The notes beneath the pieces are model-generated. The model did no database searches. It was given only the letters and a program-made list of their open reading frames with translations, and was not told the origin of the DNA. The position numbers were made by a program, and so were the translations under genes. Shown one piece after another: positions 63,511 through 64,000 of a DNA stretch of 64,000 bases. Every line of letters starts with the position of its first letter. Within the stretch, counting starts at the first letter, position 1. The stretch is from positions 1-64,000 of the forward strand of contig JAPETS010000048.1 of the NCBI GenBank assembly GCA_026023565.1. Reading direction: 5' to 3'. The DNA comes from Cirrosporium novae-zelandiae. Its lineage: Eukaryota.

Positions 63511-64000
63511 TTAATTGTTTGTCTTGTCCTTGACTGCTTCCTTGGCTTCCTCCTTCTTAGAGCCCAAGTACTCGCTGATCCAACTCAAGGTATCGCTTGT
63601 GATCACTAGACTAGTTGTAATGAATGCCTTTCCACCAGCAACGATTCCATCACCACCGCACTTTTTGTACTCGCTCTGATATGTCTTGAACACATAGTCC
63701 TTGCTATCTCCAACCAGCTTCAGTGGATATGTTGCAAAGTCGAGAACAGTTCCCTTGACCTTTTCTGTCTCATCTTTGACAATCGGGAACTTCTCATCTA
63801 CCTTGGAGAGACCGGAGTCAGCCAGTGAGTCGGCCTTGTGTACGTAGGGAGCGGCATATTCGTAAGGCTTGGAGAGATAAGGAATCATCGGTTTGGCAAA
63901 GGTCTCATAGCCGTGTTCTGCGAGCTTGATAGACTTCTTGCCGTATGGGTTTGCCTGATAAGCCTCGATCGAGTCGTGGACAACAGGATAAGAGGCCAAA
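63511..64000 (-). CDS. Perilipin-like lipid droplet protein (CAP20/MPL1 family), 5' end outside the window
   Basis: SYPVVHDSI, PYVHKADSLADSGLSKVDEKFPIVK, YKKCGGDGIVAGGKA. Confidence 0.88.
   Translation of the reverse strand, partial: LASYPVVHDSIEAYQANPYGKKSIKLAEHGYETFAKPMIPYLSKPYEYAAPYVHKADSLADSGLSKVDEKFPIVKDETEKVKGTVLDFATYPLKLVGDSKDYVFKTYQSEYKKCGGDGIVAGGKAFITTSLVITSDTLSWISEYLGSKKEEAKEAVKDKTNN

Overview
Left end of a chromosome from a filamentous ascomycete (Pezizomycotina, inferred from (TAACCC)n, short GT-AG introns with CTRAC branch points and gene content). It begins with 20 telomere repeats and about 0.5 kb of AT-rich, RIP-like sequence. A roughly 11 kb accessory subtelomere follows, holding a head-to-head pair of uncharacterised genes, a NACHT-ankyrin NLR-like gene and a decayed gene. 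From about 12 kb onward the genes look like core genes: a homeobox/C2H2 transcription factor, INCENP, acyl-CoA dehydrogenase, reticulon, a CCCH protein, an atypical Rho GTPase, RPS0 with mitochondrial uS15, an F-box protein, a putative cysteine protease, CDC45, CCDC124, a glycoside hydrolase pseudogene, tRNA-Glu, Mo25/HymA, stomatin, a TLC protein, a vWA-like protein, a UEV/FTS-like protein and a partial perilipin/CAP20. The best candidate for an undescribed system is the telomere-adjacent divergent pair (848-3675). One gene carries a PD-(D/E)xK nuclease-like motif and the other looks like a distant, catalytically dead paralogue, which suggests a toxin-antidote, allorecognition or drive module. 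Family calls come from motif recognition by eye with no database searches, and exon boundaries were deduced manually.
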